64,000 nucleotides of DNA, taken from Escherichia coli (GTDB lineage Bacteria > Pseudomonadota > Gammaproteobacteria > Enterobacterales > Enterobacteriaceae). Made by a program: the position numbers and the translations under genes. Numbering within the stretch: the first letter of the stretch is position 1; every line of letters starts with the position of its first letter. Positions 42,932-59,560 of the stretch are shown in pieces. The stretch lies in NCBI RefSeq assembly GCF_003019035.1, contig NZ_CP027447.1; one strand, written 5' to 3'. The notes under the pieces are model-generated. The model did not search any database, had not been told where the DNA came from, and saw only the letters and a list, made by a program, of their open reading frames with translations.

Positions 42932-43423
42932 ATGCGCCGGATATTATCAGTCTTACTCGAAAATGAATCAGGCGCGTTATCCCGCGTGATTGGCCTTTTT
43001 TCCCAGCGTGGCTACAACATTGAAAGCCTGACCGTTGCGCCAACCGACGATCCGACATTATCGCGTATGACCATCCAGACCGTGGGCGATGAAAAAGTGC
43101 TTGAGCAGATCGAAAAGCAATTACACAAGCTGGTCGATGTATTACGCGTGAGCGAGTTGGGGCAGGGGGCGCATGTTGAGCGGGAAATCATGCTGGTGAA
43201 AATTCAGGCCAGCGGCTACGGGCGTGACGAAGTGAAACGTAATACGGAAATATTCCGTGGGCAAATTATCGATGTCACACCCTCGCTTTATACCGTTCAA
43301 TTAGCAGGTACCAGCGATAAGCTTGATGCATTTTTAGCATCGATTCGCGATGTGGCGAAAATTGTGGAAGTTGCTCGCTCTGGTGTGGTCGGACTTTCGC
43401 GCGGCGAAAAAATAATGCGTTGA
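42932..43423 (+). CDS. ilvH: acetolactate synthase III small (regulatory) subunit
   Basis: [50 protein letters not shown]... (163 aa). Confidence 0.95.
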
Positions 43424-43447
43424 GAATGATCTCAATGCGCAATTTGC

Positions 43448-43478
43448 AGCCCAACATGTCACGTTGGGCTTTTTTTGC
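43448..43478 (+). terminator. rho-independent terminator after ilvH
   Basis: agcccaacatgtcacgttgggct hairpin followed by TTTTTTT. Confidence 0.7.
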
Positions 43479-43602
43479 GAAATCAGTGGGAACCTGGAAT
43501 AAAAGCAGTTGCCGCAGTTAATTTTCTGCGCTTAGATGTTAATGAATTTAACCCATACCAGTACAATGGCTATGGTTTTTACATTTTACGCAAGGGGCAA
43601 TT

Positions 43603-44607
43603 GTGAAACTGGATGAAATCGCTCGGCTGGCGGGAGTGTCGCGGACCACTGCAAGCTATGTTATTAACGGCAAAGCGAAGCAATACCGTGTGAGCGACAA
43701 AACCGTTGAAAAAGTCATGGCTGTGGTGCGTGAGCACAATTACCACCCGAACGCCGTGGCAGCTGGGCTTCGTGCTGGACGCACACGTTCTATTGGTCTT
43801 GTGATCCCCGATCTGGAGAACACCAGCTATACCCGCATCGCTAACTATCTTGAACGCCAGGCGCGGCAAAGGGGTTATCAACTGCTGATTGCCTGCTCGG
43901 AAGATCAGCCCGACAACGAAATGCGTTGTATCGAGCATCTTTTGCAGCGTCAGGTTGATGCCATTATTGTTTCGACGTCGTTGCCACCTGAGCATCCTTT
44001 TTATCAACGCTGGGCTAACGACCCGTTCCCGATTGTCGCGCTGGACCGCGCCCTCGATCGTGAACATTTCACCAGCGTGGTTGGTGCCGATCAGGATGAT
44101 GCCGAAATGCTGGCGGAAGAGTTACGTAAGTTTCCCGCCGAGACGGTACTTTATCTTGGCGCGCTGCCGGAGCTTTCTGTCAGCTTCCTGCGTGAACAAG
44201 GTTTCCGTACTGCCTGGAAAGATGATCCGCGCGAAGTGCATTTCCTTTATGCCAACAGCTATGAGCGGGAGGCGGCTGCCCAGTTATTCGAAAAATGGCT
44301 GGAAACGCATCCGATGCCGCAGGCACTGTTCACAACGTCGTTTGCGTTGTTGCAAGGGGTGATGGATGTCACGCTACGTCGTGACGGCAAACTGCCTTCT
44401 GACCTGGCAATTGCCACCTTTGGCGATAACGAACTGCTCGACTTCTTACAGTGCCCGGTGCTGGCAGTGGCTCAACGTCACCGCGATGTCGCAGAGCGTG
44501 TGCTGGAGATTGTCCTGGCAAGCCTGGACGAACCGCGTAAGCCAAAACCTGGTTTAACGCGCATTAAACGTAATCTCTATCGCCGCGGCGTGCTCAGCCG
44601 TAGCTAA
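43603..44607 (+). CDS. cra: catabolite repressor/activator Cra (FruR), LacI family
   Basis: 334-aa ORF with GTG start, [51 protein letters not shown]... Confidence 0.95.
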   Translation: MKLDEIARLAGVSRTTASYVINGKAKQYRVSDKTVEKVMAVVREHNYHPNAVAAGLRAGRTRSIGLVIPDLENTSYTRIANYLERQARQRGYQLLIACSEDQPDNEMRCIEHLLQRQVDAIIVSTSLPPEHPFYQRWANDPFPIVALDRALDREHFTSVVGADQDDAEMLAEELRKFPAETVLYLGALPELSVSFLREQGFRTAWKDDPREVHFLYANSYEREAAAQLFEKWLETHPMPQALFTTSFALLQGVMDVTLRRDGKLPSDLAIATFGDNELLDFLQCPVLAVAQRHRDVAERVLEIVLASLDEPRKPKPGLTRIKRNLYRRGVLSRS

Positions 44608-45127
44608 GCCGCGAACAAAAATACGCGCCAGGTGAATTTCTCTCTGGCGCGTTGAGTACGGGAATGGACATCAATATCCTTAAAGTAAATAAGACTATTC
44701 CTGGCTATTATTGATAAATGCTTTTAAACCTGCCCGTTAATTACCTCACCAGCTGAAATTCACAATAATTAAGTGATATCGATAGCGCGTTTTTGCATTA
44801 TTTTGTTACATGCAGAGATGAATTGCCGATTTAACAAACACTTTTCTTTGCTTTTGCGCAAACCCGCTGGCATCAAGCGCCACACAGACGCAACAGGGAC
44901 TGTTAACCGGGGAAGATATGTCCTAAAATGCCGCTCGCGTCGCAAACTGACACTTTATATTTGCTGTGGAAAATAGTGAGTCATTTTAAAACGGTGATGA
45001 CGATGAGGGATTTTTTCTTACAGCTATTCATAACGTTAATTTGCTTCGCACGTTGGACGTAAAATAAACAACGCTGATATTAGCCGTAAACATCGGGTTT
45101 TTTACCTCGGTATGCCTTGTGACTGGC

Positions 45128-45190
45128 TTGACAAGCTTTTCCTCCGCTCCGTAAACTCCTTTCAGTGGGAAATTGTGGGGCAAAGTGGGA
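45128..45190 (+). promoter_or_regulatory. mra (dcw) promoter with three TGGGN direct repeats (MraZ operator)
   Basis: TTGACA at 45128-45133, 17-18 bp spacer, TAAACT-like -10; TGGGA/TGGGG/TGGGA at 45166, 45176, 45186 with 10-bp periodicity just upstream of mraZ. Confidence 0.65.
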
Positions 45191-45208
45191 ATAAGGGGTG
45201 AGGCTGGC

Positions 45209-45667
45209 ATGTTCCGGGGAGCAACGTTAGTCAATCTCGACAGCAAAGGGCGCTTATCAGTGCCTACCCGTTATCGGGAACAGCTGCTTGAGAACGCTGC
45301 CGGTCAAATGGTTTGCACCATTGACATTCATCACCCGTGCCTGCTGCTTTACCCCCTGCCTGAATGGGAAATTATCGAGCAAAAATTATCGCGTCTGTCG
45401 AGCATGAACCCGGTTGAGCGCCGTGTGCAGCGCCTACTGTTAGGTCATGCCAGCGAATGTCAGATGGATGGCGCAGGTCGATTGTTAATCGCGCCAGTAC
45501 TGCGGCAACATGCCGGGCTGACAAAAGAAGTGATGCTGGTTGGACAGTTCAACAAGTTTGAGCTGTGGGATGAAACAACCTGGCATCAACAGGTCAAGGA
45601 AGATATCGACGCAGAGCAGTTGGCTACTGGAGACTTATCGGAGCGACTGCAGGACTTGTCTCTATAA
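45209..45667 (+). CDS. mraZ: transcriptional regulator MraZ
   Basis: ORF track 45173..45667; start trimmed to [49 protein letters not shown]... (152 aa). Confidence 0.95.
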
Positions 45668-45668
45668 A

Positions 45669-46610
45669 ATGATGGAAAACTATAAACATACTACGGTGCT
45701 GCTGGATGAAGCCGTTAATGGCCTCAATATCCGTCCTGATGGCATCTACATTGATGGGACTTTTGGTCGCGGTGGTCACTCACGTCTGATCCTCTCGCAG
45801 CTTGGCGAAGAGGGGCGTTTGTTGGCGATCGATCGCGACCCGCAGGCTATCGCCGTTGCGAAGACTATTGATGATCCGCGCTTCTCCATCATCCACGGAC
45901 CTTTCTCCGCGCTGGGCGAATACGTTGCCGAGCGCGAACTTATCGGCAAGATCGATGGCATTCTCCTCGATCTTGGCGTCTCTTCACCGCAACTTGATGA
46001 TGCTGAACGCGGCTTTTCCTTTATGCGCGATGGTCCGCTGGACATGCGTATGGACCCAACCCGTGGGCAGTCAGCCGCTGAATGGCTACAAACCGCAGAA
46101 GAAGCCGATATCGCCTGGGTATTGAAAACCTATGGTGAAGAGCGTTTTGCCAAACGCATTGCCCGCGCCATTGTCGAGCGTAACCGCGAACAGCCGATGA
46201 CCCGCACCAAAGAACTGGCGGAAGTCGTGGCTGCTGCAACGCCGGTGAAAGATAAGTTTAAACATCCCGCGACCCGGACCTTCCAGGCGGTGCGCATTTG
46301 GGTAAACAGTGAACTGGAGGAGATAGAGCAGGCGCTAAAAAGCTCGCTCAACGTGCTGGCCCCGGGGGGGCGGCTCTCGATCATCAGCTTCCACTCGCTG
46401 GAAGACCGCATTGTGAAACGCTTTATGCGTGAAAATAGTCGTGGTCCGCAAGTTCCGGCAGGGTTACCGATGACTGAAGAGCAGCTCAAAAAACTGGGTG
46501 GACGTCAGCTGCGAGCACTAGGCAAGTTAATGCCGGGCGAAGAAGAGGTGGCTGAGAACCCTCGTGCCCGTAGTTCAGTTCTGCGTATTGCAGAGAGGAC
46601 GAACGCATGA
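45669..46610 (+). CDS. rsmH: 16S rRNA m4C1402 methyltransferase RsmH (MraW)
   Basis: ORF track 45540..46610; start trimmed to [39 protein letters not shown]... (313 aa). Confidence 0.95.
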
Positions 46611-46972
46611 TCAGCAGAGTGACAGAAGCTCTAAGCAAAGTTAAAGGATCGATGGGAAGCCACGAGCGCCATGCATTGCCTGGTGTTATCGGTGACGATC
46701 TTTTGCGATTTGGGAAGCTGCCACTCTGCCTGTTCATTTGCATTATTTTGACGGCGGTGACCGTGGTAACCACGGCGCACCATACCCGTTTACTGACCGC
46801 TCAGCGCGAACAACTGGTGCTGGAGCGAGATGCTTTAGACATTGAATGGCGCAACCTGATCCTTGAAGAGAATGCGCTCGGCGACCATAGCCGGGTGGAA
46901 AGGATAGCCACGGAAAAGCTGCAAATGCAGCATGTTGATCCGTCACAAGAAAATATCGTAGTGCAAAAATAA
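46607..46972 (+). CDS. ftsL: cell division protein FtsL
   Basis: 121-aa [54 protein letters not shown]... Confidence 0.95.
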
Positions 46973-46987
46973 GGATAAACGCGACGC

Positions 46988-48754
46988 ATGAAAGCAGCGG
47001 CGAAAACGCAGAAACCAAAACGTCAGGAAGAACATGCCAACTTTATCAGTTGGCGTTTTGCGTTGTTATGCGGCTGTATTCTCCTGGCGCTGGCTTTTCT
47101 GCTCGGACGCGTAGCGTGGTTACAAGTTATCTCCCCGGATATGCTGGTAAAAGAGGGCGACATGCGTTCTCTTCGCGTTCAGCAAGTTTCCACCTCCCGC
47201 GGCATGATTACTGACCGTTCTGGTCGCCCGTTAGCGGTGAGCGTGCCGGTTAAAGCGATTTGGGCTGACCCGAAAGAAGTGCATGACGCTGGCGGTATCA
47301 GCGTCGGTGATCGCTGGAAGGCGCTGGCTAACGCACTCAACATTCCGCTGGATCAGCTTTCAGCCCGCATTAACGCCAACCCGAAAGGGCGCTTTATTTA
47401 TCTGGCGCGTCAGGTAAACCCTGACATGGCAGAGTACATCAAAAAACTGAAACTGCCGGGGATTCATCTGCGTGAAGAATCTCGCCGTTATTATCCATCC
47501 GGCGAAGTGACCGCTCACCTCATCGGCTTTACTAACGTCGATAGTCAGGGGATTGAGGGCGTCGAGAAGAGTTTCGATAAATGGCTTACCGGGCAGCCGG
47601 GTGAGCGCATTGTGCGTAAAGACCGCTATGGTCGCGTAATTGAAGATATCTCTTCCACCGACAGTCAGGCGGCGCACAACCTGGCGCTGAGTATTGATGA
47701 ACGCCTGCAGGCGCTGGTTTATCGCGAACTGAACAACGCGGTGGCCTTTAACAAAGCTGAATCTGGTAGCGCCGTGCTGGTGGATGTCAACACCGGTGAA
47801 GTGCTGGCGATGGCTAACAGCCCGTCATACAACCCAAACAATCTGAGTGGCACGCCGAAAGAGGCGATGCGTAACCGTACCATCACTGACGTGTTTGAAC
47901 CGGGTTCAACGGTTAAACCGATGGTGGTGATGACCGCGTTGCAACGTGGCGTAGTGCGGGAAAACTCGGTACTGAATACCGTTCCTTATCGAATTAACGG
48001 CCACGAAATCAAAGACGTGGCACGCTACAGCGAATTAACCCTGACCGGGGTATTACAGAAGTCGAGTAACGTCGGTGTTTCCAAGCTGGCGTTAGCGATG
48101 CCGTCCTCAGCGTTAGTAGATACTTACTCACGTTTTGGACTGGGAAAAGCGACCAATTTGGGGTTGGTCGGAGAACGCAGTGGCTTATATCCTCAAAAAC
48201 AACGGTGGTCTGACATAGAGAGGGCCACCTTCTCTTTCGGCTACGGGCTAATGGTAACACCGTTACAGTTAGCGCGAGTCTACGCAACTATCGGCAGCTA
48301 CGGCATTTATCGCCCACTGTCGATTACCAAAGTTGACCCCCCGGTTCCCGGTGAACGAGTCTTCCCGGAATCCATTGTTCGCACCGTGGTGCATATGATG
48401 GAAAGCGTGGCGCTACCGGGCGGCGGCGGCGTGAAGGCGGCGATTAAAGGCTATCGTATCGCCATTAAAACCGGTACCGCGAAAAAGGTCGGGCCGGACG
48501 GTCGCTACATCAATAAATATATTGCTTATACCGCAGGCGTTGCGCCTGCGAGTCAGCCGCGCTTCGCGCTGGTTGTTGTTATCAACGATCCGCAGGCGGG
48601 TAAATACTACGGCGGCGCCGTTTCCGCGCCGGTCTTTGGTGCCATCATGGGCGGCGTATTGCGTACCATGAACATCGAGCCGGATGCGCTGACAACGGGC
48701 GATAAAAACGAATTTGTGATTAATCAAGGCGAGGGGACAGGTGGCAGATCGTAA
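46988..48754 (+). CDS. ftsI: peptidoglycan D,D-transpeptidase FtsI (PBP3)
   Basis: 588-aa ORF; STVK and KTG motifs present. Confidence 0.95.
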
Positions 48755-50228
48755 TTTGCGCGACCTTCTTGCTCCGTGGGTGCCAGACGCACCTTCGCGA
48801 GCACTGCGAGAGATGACACTCGACAGCCGTGTGGCTGCGGCGGGCGATCTCTTTGTAGCTGTAGTAGGTCATCAGGCGGACGGGCGTCGATATATCCCGC
48901 AGGCGATAGCGCAAGGTGTGGCTGCCATTATTGCAGAGGCGAAAGATGAGGCGACCGACGGTGAAATCCGTGAAATGCACGGCGTACCGGTCATCTATCT
49001 CAGCCAGCTCAACGAGCGTTTATCTGCACTGGCGGGCCGCTTTTACCATGAACCCTCTGACAATTTACGTCTTGTAGGCGTAACGGGCACCAACGGCAAA
49101 ACCACGACGACCCAGCTGCTGGCACAGTGGAGCCAACTGCTTGGCGAAACCAGCGCGGTAATGGGCACCGTTGGTAACGGCCTGCTGGGGAAAGTGATCC
49201 CGACAGAAAATACCACCGGTTCGGCAGTCGATGTTCAGCATGAGCTGGCGGGGCTGGTGGATCAGGGCGCGACTTTTTGCGCAATGGAAGTTTCCTCCCA
49301 CGGGCTGGTACAGCACCGTGTGGCGGCATTGAAATTTGCGGCATCGGTCTTTACCAACTTAAGCCGCGATCACCTTGATTATCATGGTGATATGGAACAC
49401 TACGAAGCTGCGAAATGGCTGCTTTATTCTGCACATCATTGCGGTCAGGCGATTGTTAACGCCGACGATGAAGTGGGTCGCCGCTGGCTGGCAAAACTGC
49501 CAGACGCGGTTGCGGTGTCAATGGAAGATCATATCAATCCGAACTGTCACGGACGCTGGTTGAAAGCGACCGACGTGAACTATCACGACAGCGGTGCGAC
49601 GATTCGCTTTAGCTCAAGCTGGGGCGATGGGGAAATTGAAAGCCATCTGATGGGCGCTTTTAACGTCAGCAACCTGCTGCTGGCGCTGGCGACGCTGCTG
49701 GCGCTGGGCTATCCACTGGCTGAGCTGCTGAAAACCGCCGCGCGTCTGCAACCGGTTTGCGGACGTATGGAAGTGTTCACTGCACCAGGCAAACCGACGG
49801 TGGTGGTGGATTACGCGCATACGCCAGATGCACTGGAAAAAGCCTTACAGGCGGCGCGCCTGCACTGTGCGGGCAAGCTGTGGTGCGTCTTTGGCTGTGG
49901 TGGCGATCGTGATAAAGGCAAACGTCCACTGATGGGCGCAATTGCTGAAGAGTTTGCTGACGTGGCGGTGGTAACGGACGATAACCCGCGTACCGAAGAA
50001 CCGCGTGCCATCATCAACGATATTCTGGCGGGAATGTTAGATGCCGGACATGCCAAAGTGATGGAAGGCCGTGCTGAAGCGGTGACTTGCGCCGTTATGC
50101 AGGCTAAAGAGAATGATGTGGTACTGGTCGCGGGCAAAGGTCATGAGGATTACCAGATTGTTGGCAATCAGCGTCTGGACTACTCCGATCGCGTCACGGT
50201 GGCGCGTCTGCTGGGGGTGATTGCATGA
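48741..50228 (+). CDS. murE: UDP-N-acetylmuramoyl-L-alanyl-D-glutamate--2,6-diaminopimelate ligase
   Basis: 495-aa ORF with GTG start ([31 protein letters not shown]...). Confidence 0.95.
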
Positions 50229-51583
50229 TTAGCGTAACCCTTAGCCAACTTACCGATATTCTCAACGGTGAACTGCAAGGTGCAGATATTACCCTTGATG
50301 CTGTAACCACTGACACGCGAAAACTGACGCCGGGCTGCCTGTTTGTTGGCCTGAAAGGCGAACGTTTCGATGCTCATGATTTTGCCGACCAGGCGAAAGC
50401 TGGCGGCGCCGGCGCACTACTGGTTAGCCGTCCGCTGGATATCGATCTGCCGCAGTTAATCGTCAAGGATACGCGTCTGGCGTTTGGTGAACTGGCTGCA
50501 TGGGTTCGCCAGCAAGTTCCGGCGCGCGTGGTTGCTCTGACGGGCTCCTCCGGCAAAACCTCCGTTAAAGAGATGACGGCGGCGATTTTAAGCCAGTGCG
50601 GCAACACGCTTTATACGGCAGGCAATCTCAACAACGACATCGGCGTACCTATGACGCTGCTGCGCTTAACGCCGGAATATGATTACGCAGTCATTGAACT
50701 TGGCGCGAACCATCAGGGCGAAATTGCCTGGACTGTGAGTCTGACTCGCCCGGAAGCGGCGCTGGTCAACAACCTGGCAGCGGCACATCTGGAAGGTTTT
50801 GGCTCGCTTGCGGGTGTCGCGAAAGCGAAAGGTGAAATCTTTAGCGGCCTGCCGGAAAACGGTATCGCCATCATGAACGCTGACAACAACGACTGGCTGA
50901 ACTGGCAGAGCGTAATTGGCTCACGCAAAGTGTGGCGTTTCTCACCCAATGCCGCCAACAGCGATTTCACCGCCACCAATATCCATGTGACTTCGCACGG
51001 TACGGAATTTACCCTGCAAACCCCAACCGGTAGCGTCGATGTTCTGCTGCCGTTGCCGGGGCGTCACAATATTGCGAATGCGCTGGCAGCCGCTGCGCTC
51101 TCCATGTCCGTGGGCGCAACGCTTGATGCTATCAAAGCGGGGCTGGCAAATCTGAAAGCTGTTCCAGGCCGTCTGTTCCCCATAAAACTGGCAGAAAACC
51201 AGTTGCTGCTCGACGACTCCTACAACGCCAATGTCGGTTCAATGACCGCCGCTGTTCAGGTTCTGGCTGAAATGCCGGGCTACCGCGTGCTGGTGGTGGG
51301 CGATATGGCGGAACTGGGCGTTGAAAGCGAAGCCTGCCATGTACAGGTGGGCGAAGCGGCAAAAGCTGCTGGTATTGACTGCGTGTTAAGTGTGGGTAAA
51401 CAAAGCCATGCTATCAGCACTGCCAGCGGTGTTGGCGAACATTTTACCGATAAAACTGCGCTTATCGCGCGTCTTAAATCACTGATTGCTGAGCAACAGG
51501 TAATTACGATTTTAGTTAAGGGTTCACGTAGTGCCGCCATGGAAGAGGTAGTACGCGCTTTACAGGAGAATGGGACATGTTAG
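50225..51583 (+). CDS. murF: UDP-MurNAc-tripeptide--D-alanyl-D-alanine ligase
   Basis: 452-aa [56 protein letters not shown]... Confidence 0.95.
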
Positions 51584-52659
51584 TTTGGCTGGCCGAACAT
51601 TTGGTCAAATATTATTCCGGCTTTAACGTCTTTTCCTATCTGACGTTTCGCGCCATCGTCAGCCTGCTGACCGCGCTGTTCATCTCATTGTGGATGGGCC
51701 CGCGTATGATTGCCCATTTGCAAAAACTCTCCTTTGGTCAGGTCGTTCGTAACGATGGCCCGGAATCGCACTTTAGTAAGCGCGGTACGCCGACCATGGG
51801 CGGGATAATGATCCTGACGGCGATTGTGATCTCCGTGCTGCTGTGGGCTTATCCATCCAATCCGTACGTCTGGTGCGTACTGGTGGTGCTGGTAGGTTAC
51901 GGCATCATTGGCTTTGTTGATGACTATCGCAAAGTGGTGCGTAAAGACACCAAAGGGTTGATCGCTCGTTGGAAGTATTTCTGGATGTCGGTCATTGCGC
52001 TGGGTGTTGCCTTCGCGCTGTACCTTGCCGGCAAAGACACGCCCGCAACGCAGCTGGTGGTTCCGTTCTTTAAAGATGTGATGCCGCAACTGGGGCTGTT
52101 CTACATTCTGCTGGCTTACTTCGTCATTGTGGGTACAGGCAACGCGGTAAACCTGACTGATGGTCTCGACGGTCTGGCAATTATGCCGACCGTATTTGTC
52201 GCCGGTGGTTTTGCGCTGGTGGCGTGGGCGACCGGCAACATGAACTTTGCCAGCTATTTACACATACCGTATCTACGACACGCCGGGGAACTGGTCATTG
52301 TCTGTACCGCGATAGTCGGGGCAGGGCTGGGCTTCCTGTGGTTTAACACCTATCCGGCGCAGGTCTTTATGGGCGATGTCGGTTCGCTGGCGTTAGGTGG
52401 TGCGTTAGGTATTATCGCCGTACTGCTGCGTCAGGAATTCCTGCTGGTGATTATGGGGGGCGTGTTCGTGGTAGAAACGCTTTCCGTCATCCTGCAGGTC
52501 GGCTCCTTTAAACTGCGCGGACAACGTATTTTCCGCATGGCACCGATTCATCACCACTATGAACTGAAAGGCTGGCCGGAACCGCGCGTCATTGTGCGTT
52601 TCTGGATTATTTCGCTGATGCTGGTCCTGATTGGTCTGGCAACGCTGAAGGTACGTTAA
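51577..52659 (+). CDS. mraY: phospho-N-acetylmuramoyl-pentapeptide transferase
   Basis: 360-aa polytopic [52 protein letters not shown]... Confidence 0.95.
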
Positions 52660-52661
52660 TC

Positions 52662-53978
52662 ATGGCTGATTACCAGGGTAAAAATGTTGTCATTATCGGC
52701 CTGGGCCTCACCGGGCTTTCCTGCGTGGACTTTTTCCTCGCTCGCGGTGTGACGCCGCGCGTTATGGATACGCGTATGACACCGCCAGGCCTGGATAAAT
52801 TACCCGAAGCTGTAGAACGCCACACGGGCGGTCTGAATGATGAATGGCTGATGGCGGCCGATCTGATTGTCGCCAGTCCCGGTATTGCACTGGCGCATCC
52901 ATCCTTAAGTGCTGCCGCTGATGCCGGAATCGAAATCGTTGGCGATATCGAGCTGTTCTGTCGTGAAGCACAAGCACCGATTGTGGCGATCACCGGTTCT
53001 AACGGCAAAAGCACGGTCACCACGCTAGTGGGTGAAATGGCGAAAGCGGCGGGGGTTAACGTTGGTGTGGGTGGCAATATTGGCCTGCCTGCGTTGATGC
53101 TGCTGGATGATGAGTGCGAACTGTACGTGCTGGAGCTGTCGAGCTTCCAGCTTGAAACCACCTCCAGTTTACAGGCGGTAGCAGCGACCATTCTGAACGT
53201 AACTGAAGATCATATGGATCGCTATCCGTTTGGTTTACAACAGTATCGTGCAGCAAAACTGCGCATTTACGAAAACGCAAAAATTTGCGTGGTTAATGCT
53301 GATGATGCCTTAACAATGCCGATTCGCGGTGCGGATGAACGCTGCGTCAGCTTTGGCGTCAACATGGGTGACTATCACCTGAATCATCAGCAGGGTGAAA
53401 CCTGGCTGCGGGTGAAGGGCGAGAAAGTGCTGAACGTGAAAGAAATGAAACTTTCCGGGCAGCATAACTACACCAATGCACTGGCAGCTCTGGCACTGGC
53501 AGATGCCGCTGGTTTGCCGCGCGCCAGCAGCCTGAAAGCGTTAACCACATTCACTGGTCTGCCGCATCGCTTTGAAGTTGTGCTGGAGCATAACGGTGTG
53601 CGCTGGATTAACGATTCGAAAGCCACTAACGTCGGCAGTACGGAAGCGGCACTGAATGGCCTGCACGTAGACGGCACGCTGCATTTGTTGCTGGGCGGCG
53701 ATGGTAAATCGGCAGATTTTAGCCCACTGGCGCGTTACCTGAATGGCGATAACGTACGTCTGTATTGTTTCGGTCGGGACGGCGCGCAGCTGGCGGCGCT
53801 ACGCCCGGAAGTGGCAGAACAAACCGAAACCATGGAACAGGCGATGCGCTTGCTGGCTCCGCGTGTTCAGCCGGGCGATATGGTTCTGCTCTCCCCGGCC
53901 TGTGCCAGCCTTGATCAGTTCAAGAACTTTGAACAACGAGGCAATGAGTTTGCCCGTCTGGCGAAGGAGTTAGGTTGA
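52662..53978 (+). CDS. murD: UDP-N-acetylmuramoylalanine--D-glutamate ligase
   Basis: 438-aa [52 protein letters not shown]... Confidence 0.95.
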
Positions 53979-55222
53979 TGCGTTTATCTCTCCCTCGCCT
54001 GAAAATGCCGCGCCTGCCAGGATTCAGTATTCTGGTCTGGATCTCCACGGCGCTAAAGGGCTGGGTGATGGGCTCGCGGGAAAAAGATACCGACAGCCTG
54101 ATCATGTACGATCGCACCTTACTGTGGCTGACCTTCGGCCTCGCGGCGATTGGCTTTATCATGGTGACCTCGGCGTCAATGCCCATAGGGCAACGCTTAA
54201 CCAACGATCCGTTCTTCTTCGCGAAGCGTGATGGCGTCTATCTGATCCTGGCATTCATTCTGGCGATCATTACGCTGCGTCTGCCGATGGAGTTCTGGCA
54301 ACGCTACAGTGCCACGATGCTGCTCGGATCTATCATCCTGCTGATGATCGTTCTGGTAGTGGGTAGCTCGGTTAAAGGGGCATCGCGTTGGATCGATCTC
54401 GGTTTGCTGCGTATTCAGCCTGCGGAGCTGACAAAACTGTCGCTGTTTTGCTATATCGCCAACTATCTGGTGCGTAAAGGCGACGAAGTACGTAATAACC
54501 TGCGCGGCTTTCTGAAACCGATGGGCGTAATTCTGGTGTTGGCAGTGTTACTGCTGGCACAGCCAGACCTTGGTACGGTGGTGGTGTTGTTTGTGACTAC
54601 GCTGGCGATGTTGTTCCTGGCGGGAGCGAAATTGTGGCAGTTCATTGCCATTATCGGTATGGGCATTTCAGCGGTTGTGTTGCTGATCCTCGCCGAACCG
54701 TACCGTATCCGCCGTGTTACCGCATTCTGGAATCCGTGGGAAGATCCCTTTGGCAGCGGCTATCAGTTAACGCAATCGTTGATGGCGTTTGGTCGCGGTG
54801 AACTGTGGGGACAAGGTTTAGGTAACTCGGTACAAAAACTGGAGTATCTGCCGGAAGCGCACACTGACTTTATTTTCGCCATTATCGGCGAAGAACTGGG
54901 GTATGTCGGTGTGGTGCTGGCACTTTTAATGGTATTCTTCGTCGCTTTTCGCGCGATGTCGATTGGCCGCAAAGCATTAGAAATTGACCACCGTTTTTCC
55001 GGTTTTCTCGCCTGTTCTATTGGTATCTGGTTTAGTTTCCAGGCGCTGGTTAACGTAGGCGCGGCGGCGGGGATGTTACCGACCAAAGGTCTGACATTGC
55101 CGCTGATCAGTTACGGTGGTTCGAGCTTACTGATTATGTCGACAGCCATCATGATGCTGTTGCGTATTGATTATGAAACGCGTCTGGAGAAAGCGCAGGC
55201 GTTTGTACGAGGTTCACGATGA
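53978..55222 (+). CDS. ftsW: peptidoglycan glycosyltransferase / lipid II flippase FtsW (SEDS family)
   Basis: ORF track 53975 (TTG); ATG at 53978 overlaps murD stop; [29 protein letters not shown]... (414 aa). Confidence 0.93.
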
Positions 55223-56286
55223 GTGGTCAAGGAAAGCGATTAATGGTGATGGCAGGCGGAACCGGTGGACATGTATTCCCGGGACTGGCGGTTGCGCACC
55301 ATCTAATGGCTCAGGGTTGGCAAGTTCGCTGGCTGGGGACTGCCGACCGTATGGAAGCGGACTTAGTGCCAAAACATGGCATCGAAATTGATTTCATTCG
55401 TATCTCTGGTCTGCGTGGAAAAGGTATAAAAGCACTGATAGCTGCCCCGCTGCGTATCTTCAACGCCTGGCGTCAGGCGCGGGCGATTATGAAAGCGTAC
55501 AAACCTGACGTGGTGCTCGGTATGGGCGGCTACGTATCAGGTCCAGGTGGTCTGGCCGCGTGGTCGTTAGGCATTCCGGTTGTACTTCATGAACAAAACG
55601 GTATTGCGGGCTTAACCAATAAATGGCTGGCGAAGATTGCTACCAAAGTGATGCAGGCGTTTCCAGGCGCTTTCCCTAATGCGGAAGTGGTGGGTAACCC
55701 GGTGCGTACCGATGTGCTGGCGCTGCCGTTGCCGCAGCAACGTTTGGCTGGACGTGAAGGTCCGGTTCGTGTGTTGGTAGTGGGTGGTTCCCAGGGCGCA
55801 CGCATTCTTAATCAGACAATGCCGCAGGTTGCTGCAAAACTGGGTGATTCAGTCACTATCTGGCATCAGAGCGGCAAAGGTTCGCAACAATCCGTTGAAC
55901 AGGCGTATGCCGAAGCGGGACAACCGCAGCATAAAGTGACGGAATTTATTGATGATATGGCGGCGGCGTATGCGTGGGCGGATGTCGTTGTTTGCCGCTC
56001 CGGTGCGTTAACGGTGAGTGAAATCGCCGCGGCAGGACTTCCGGCGTTGTTTGTGCCGTTTCAACATAAAGACCGTCAGCAATACTGGAATGCGCTACCG
56101 CTGGAAAAAGCGGGCGCAGCCAAAATTATCGAGCAGTCACAGCTTAGCGTGGATGCTGTCGCCAACACCCTGGCCGGGTGGTCGCGAGAAACCTTATTAA
56201 CCATGGCAGAACGCGCCCGGGCTGCATCCATTCCGGATGCCACCGAGCGAGTGGCAAATGAAGTGAGCCGGGCTGCCCGGGCGTAA
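55219..56286 (+). CDS. murG: UDP-GlcNAc:undecaprenyl-PP-MurNAc-pentapeptide GlcNAc transferase
   Basis: 355-aa [54 protein letters not shown]... Confidence 0.95.
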
Positions 56287-56339
56287 TTGTAGCGATGCCT
56301 TTTGCATCGTATGAATTTAAGAAGTTAATGGCGTAAAGA

Positions 56340-58728
<2,389 letters not shown>

Positions 58729-58729
58729 T

Positions 58730-59560
58730 ATGTCGCAGGCTGCTCTGAACACGCGAAACAGCGAAGAAGAGGTTTCTTCTCGCCGCAATAATGGAACGCG
58801 TCTGGCGGGGATCCTTTTCCTGCTGACCGTTTTAACGACAGTGTTGGTGAGCGGCTGGGTCGTGTTGGGCTGGATGGAAGATGCGCAACGCCTGCCGCTC
58901 TCAAAGCTGGTGTTGACCGGTGAACGCCATTACACGCGTAATGACGATATCCGGCAGTCGATCCTGGCATTGGGTGAGCCAGGTACCTTTATGACCCAGG
59001 ATGTCAACATCATCCAGACGCAAATAGAACAACGCCTGCCGTGGATTAAGCAGGTGAGCGTCAGAAAGCAGTGGCCTGATGAATTGAAGATTCATCTGGT
59101 TGAATATGTGCCGATTGCGCGGTGGAATGATCAACATATGGTAGACGCGGAAGGAAACACTTTCAGCGTGCCGCCAGATCGCACCAGCAAGCAGGTGCTT
59201 CCAATGCTGTATGGCCCGGAAGGCAGCGCCAATGAAGTGTTGCAGGGCTATCGCGAAATGGGGCAGATGCTGGCAAAGGACAGATTTACTCTGAAGGAAG
59301 CGGCGATGACCGCGCGGCGTTCCTGGCAGTTGACGCTGAATAACGATATTAAGCTCAATCTTGGCCGGGGCGATACGATGAAACGTTTGGCTCGCTTTGT
59401 AGAACTTTATCCGGTTTTACAGCAGCAGGCGCAAACCGATGGCAAACGGATTAGCTACGTTGATTTGCGTTATGACTCTGGAGCGGCAGTAGGCTGGGCG
59501 CCCTTGCCGCCAGAGGAATCTACTCAGCAACAAAATCAGGCACAGGCAGAACAACAATGA
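58730..59560 (+). CDS. ftsQ: cell division protein FtsQ
   Basis: 276-aa [54 protein letters not shown]... Confidence 0.95.
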   Translation: MSQAALNTRNSEEEVSSRRNNGTRLAGILFLLTVLTTVLVSGWVVLGWMEDAQRLPLSKLVLTGERHYTRNDDIRQSILALGEPGTFMTQDVNIIQTQIEQRLPWIKQVSVRKQWPDELKIHLVEYVPIARWNDQHMVDAEGNTFSVPPDRTSKQVLPMLYGPEGSANEVLQGYREMGQMLAKDRFTLKEAAMTARRSWQLTLNNDIKLNLGRGDTMKRLARFVELYPVLQQQAQTDGKRISYVDLRYDSGAAVGWAPLPPEESTQQQNQAQAEQQ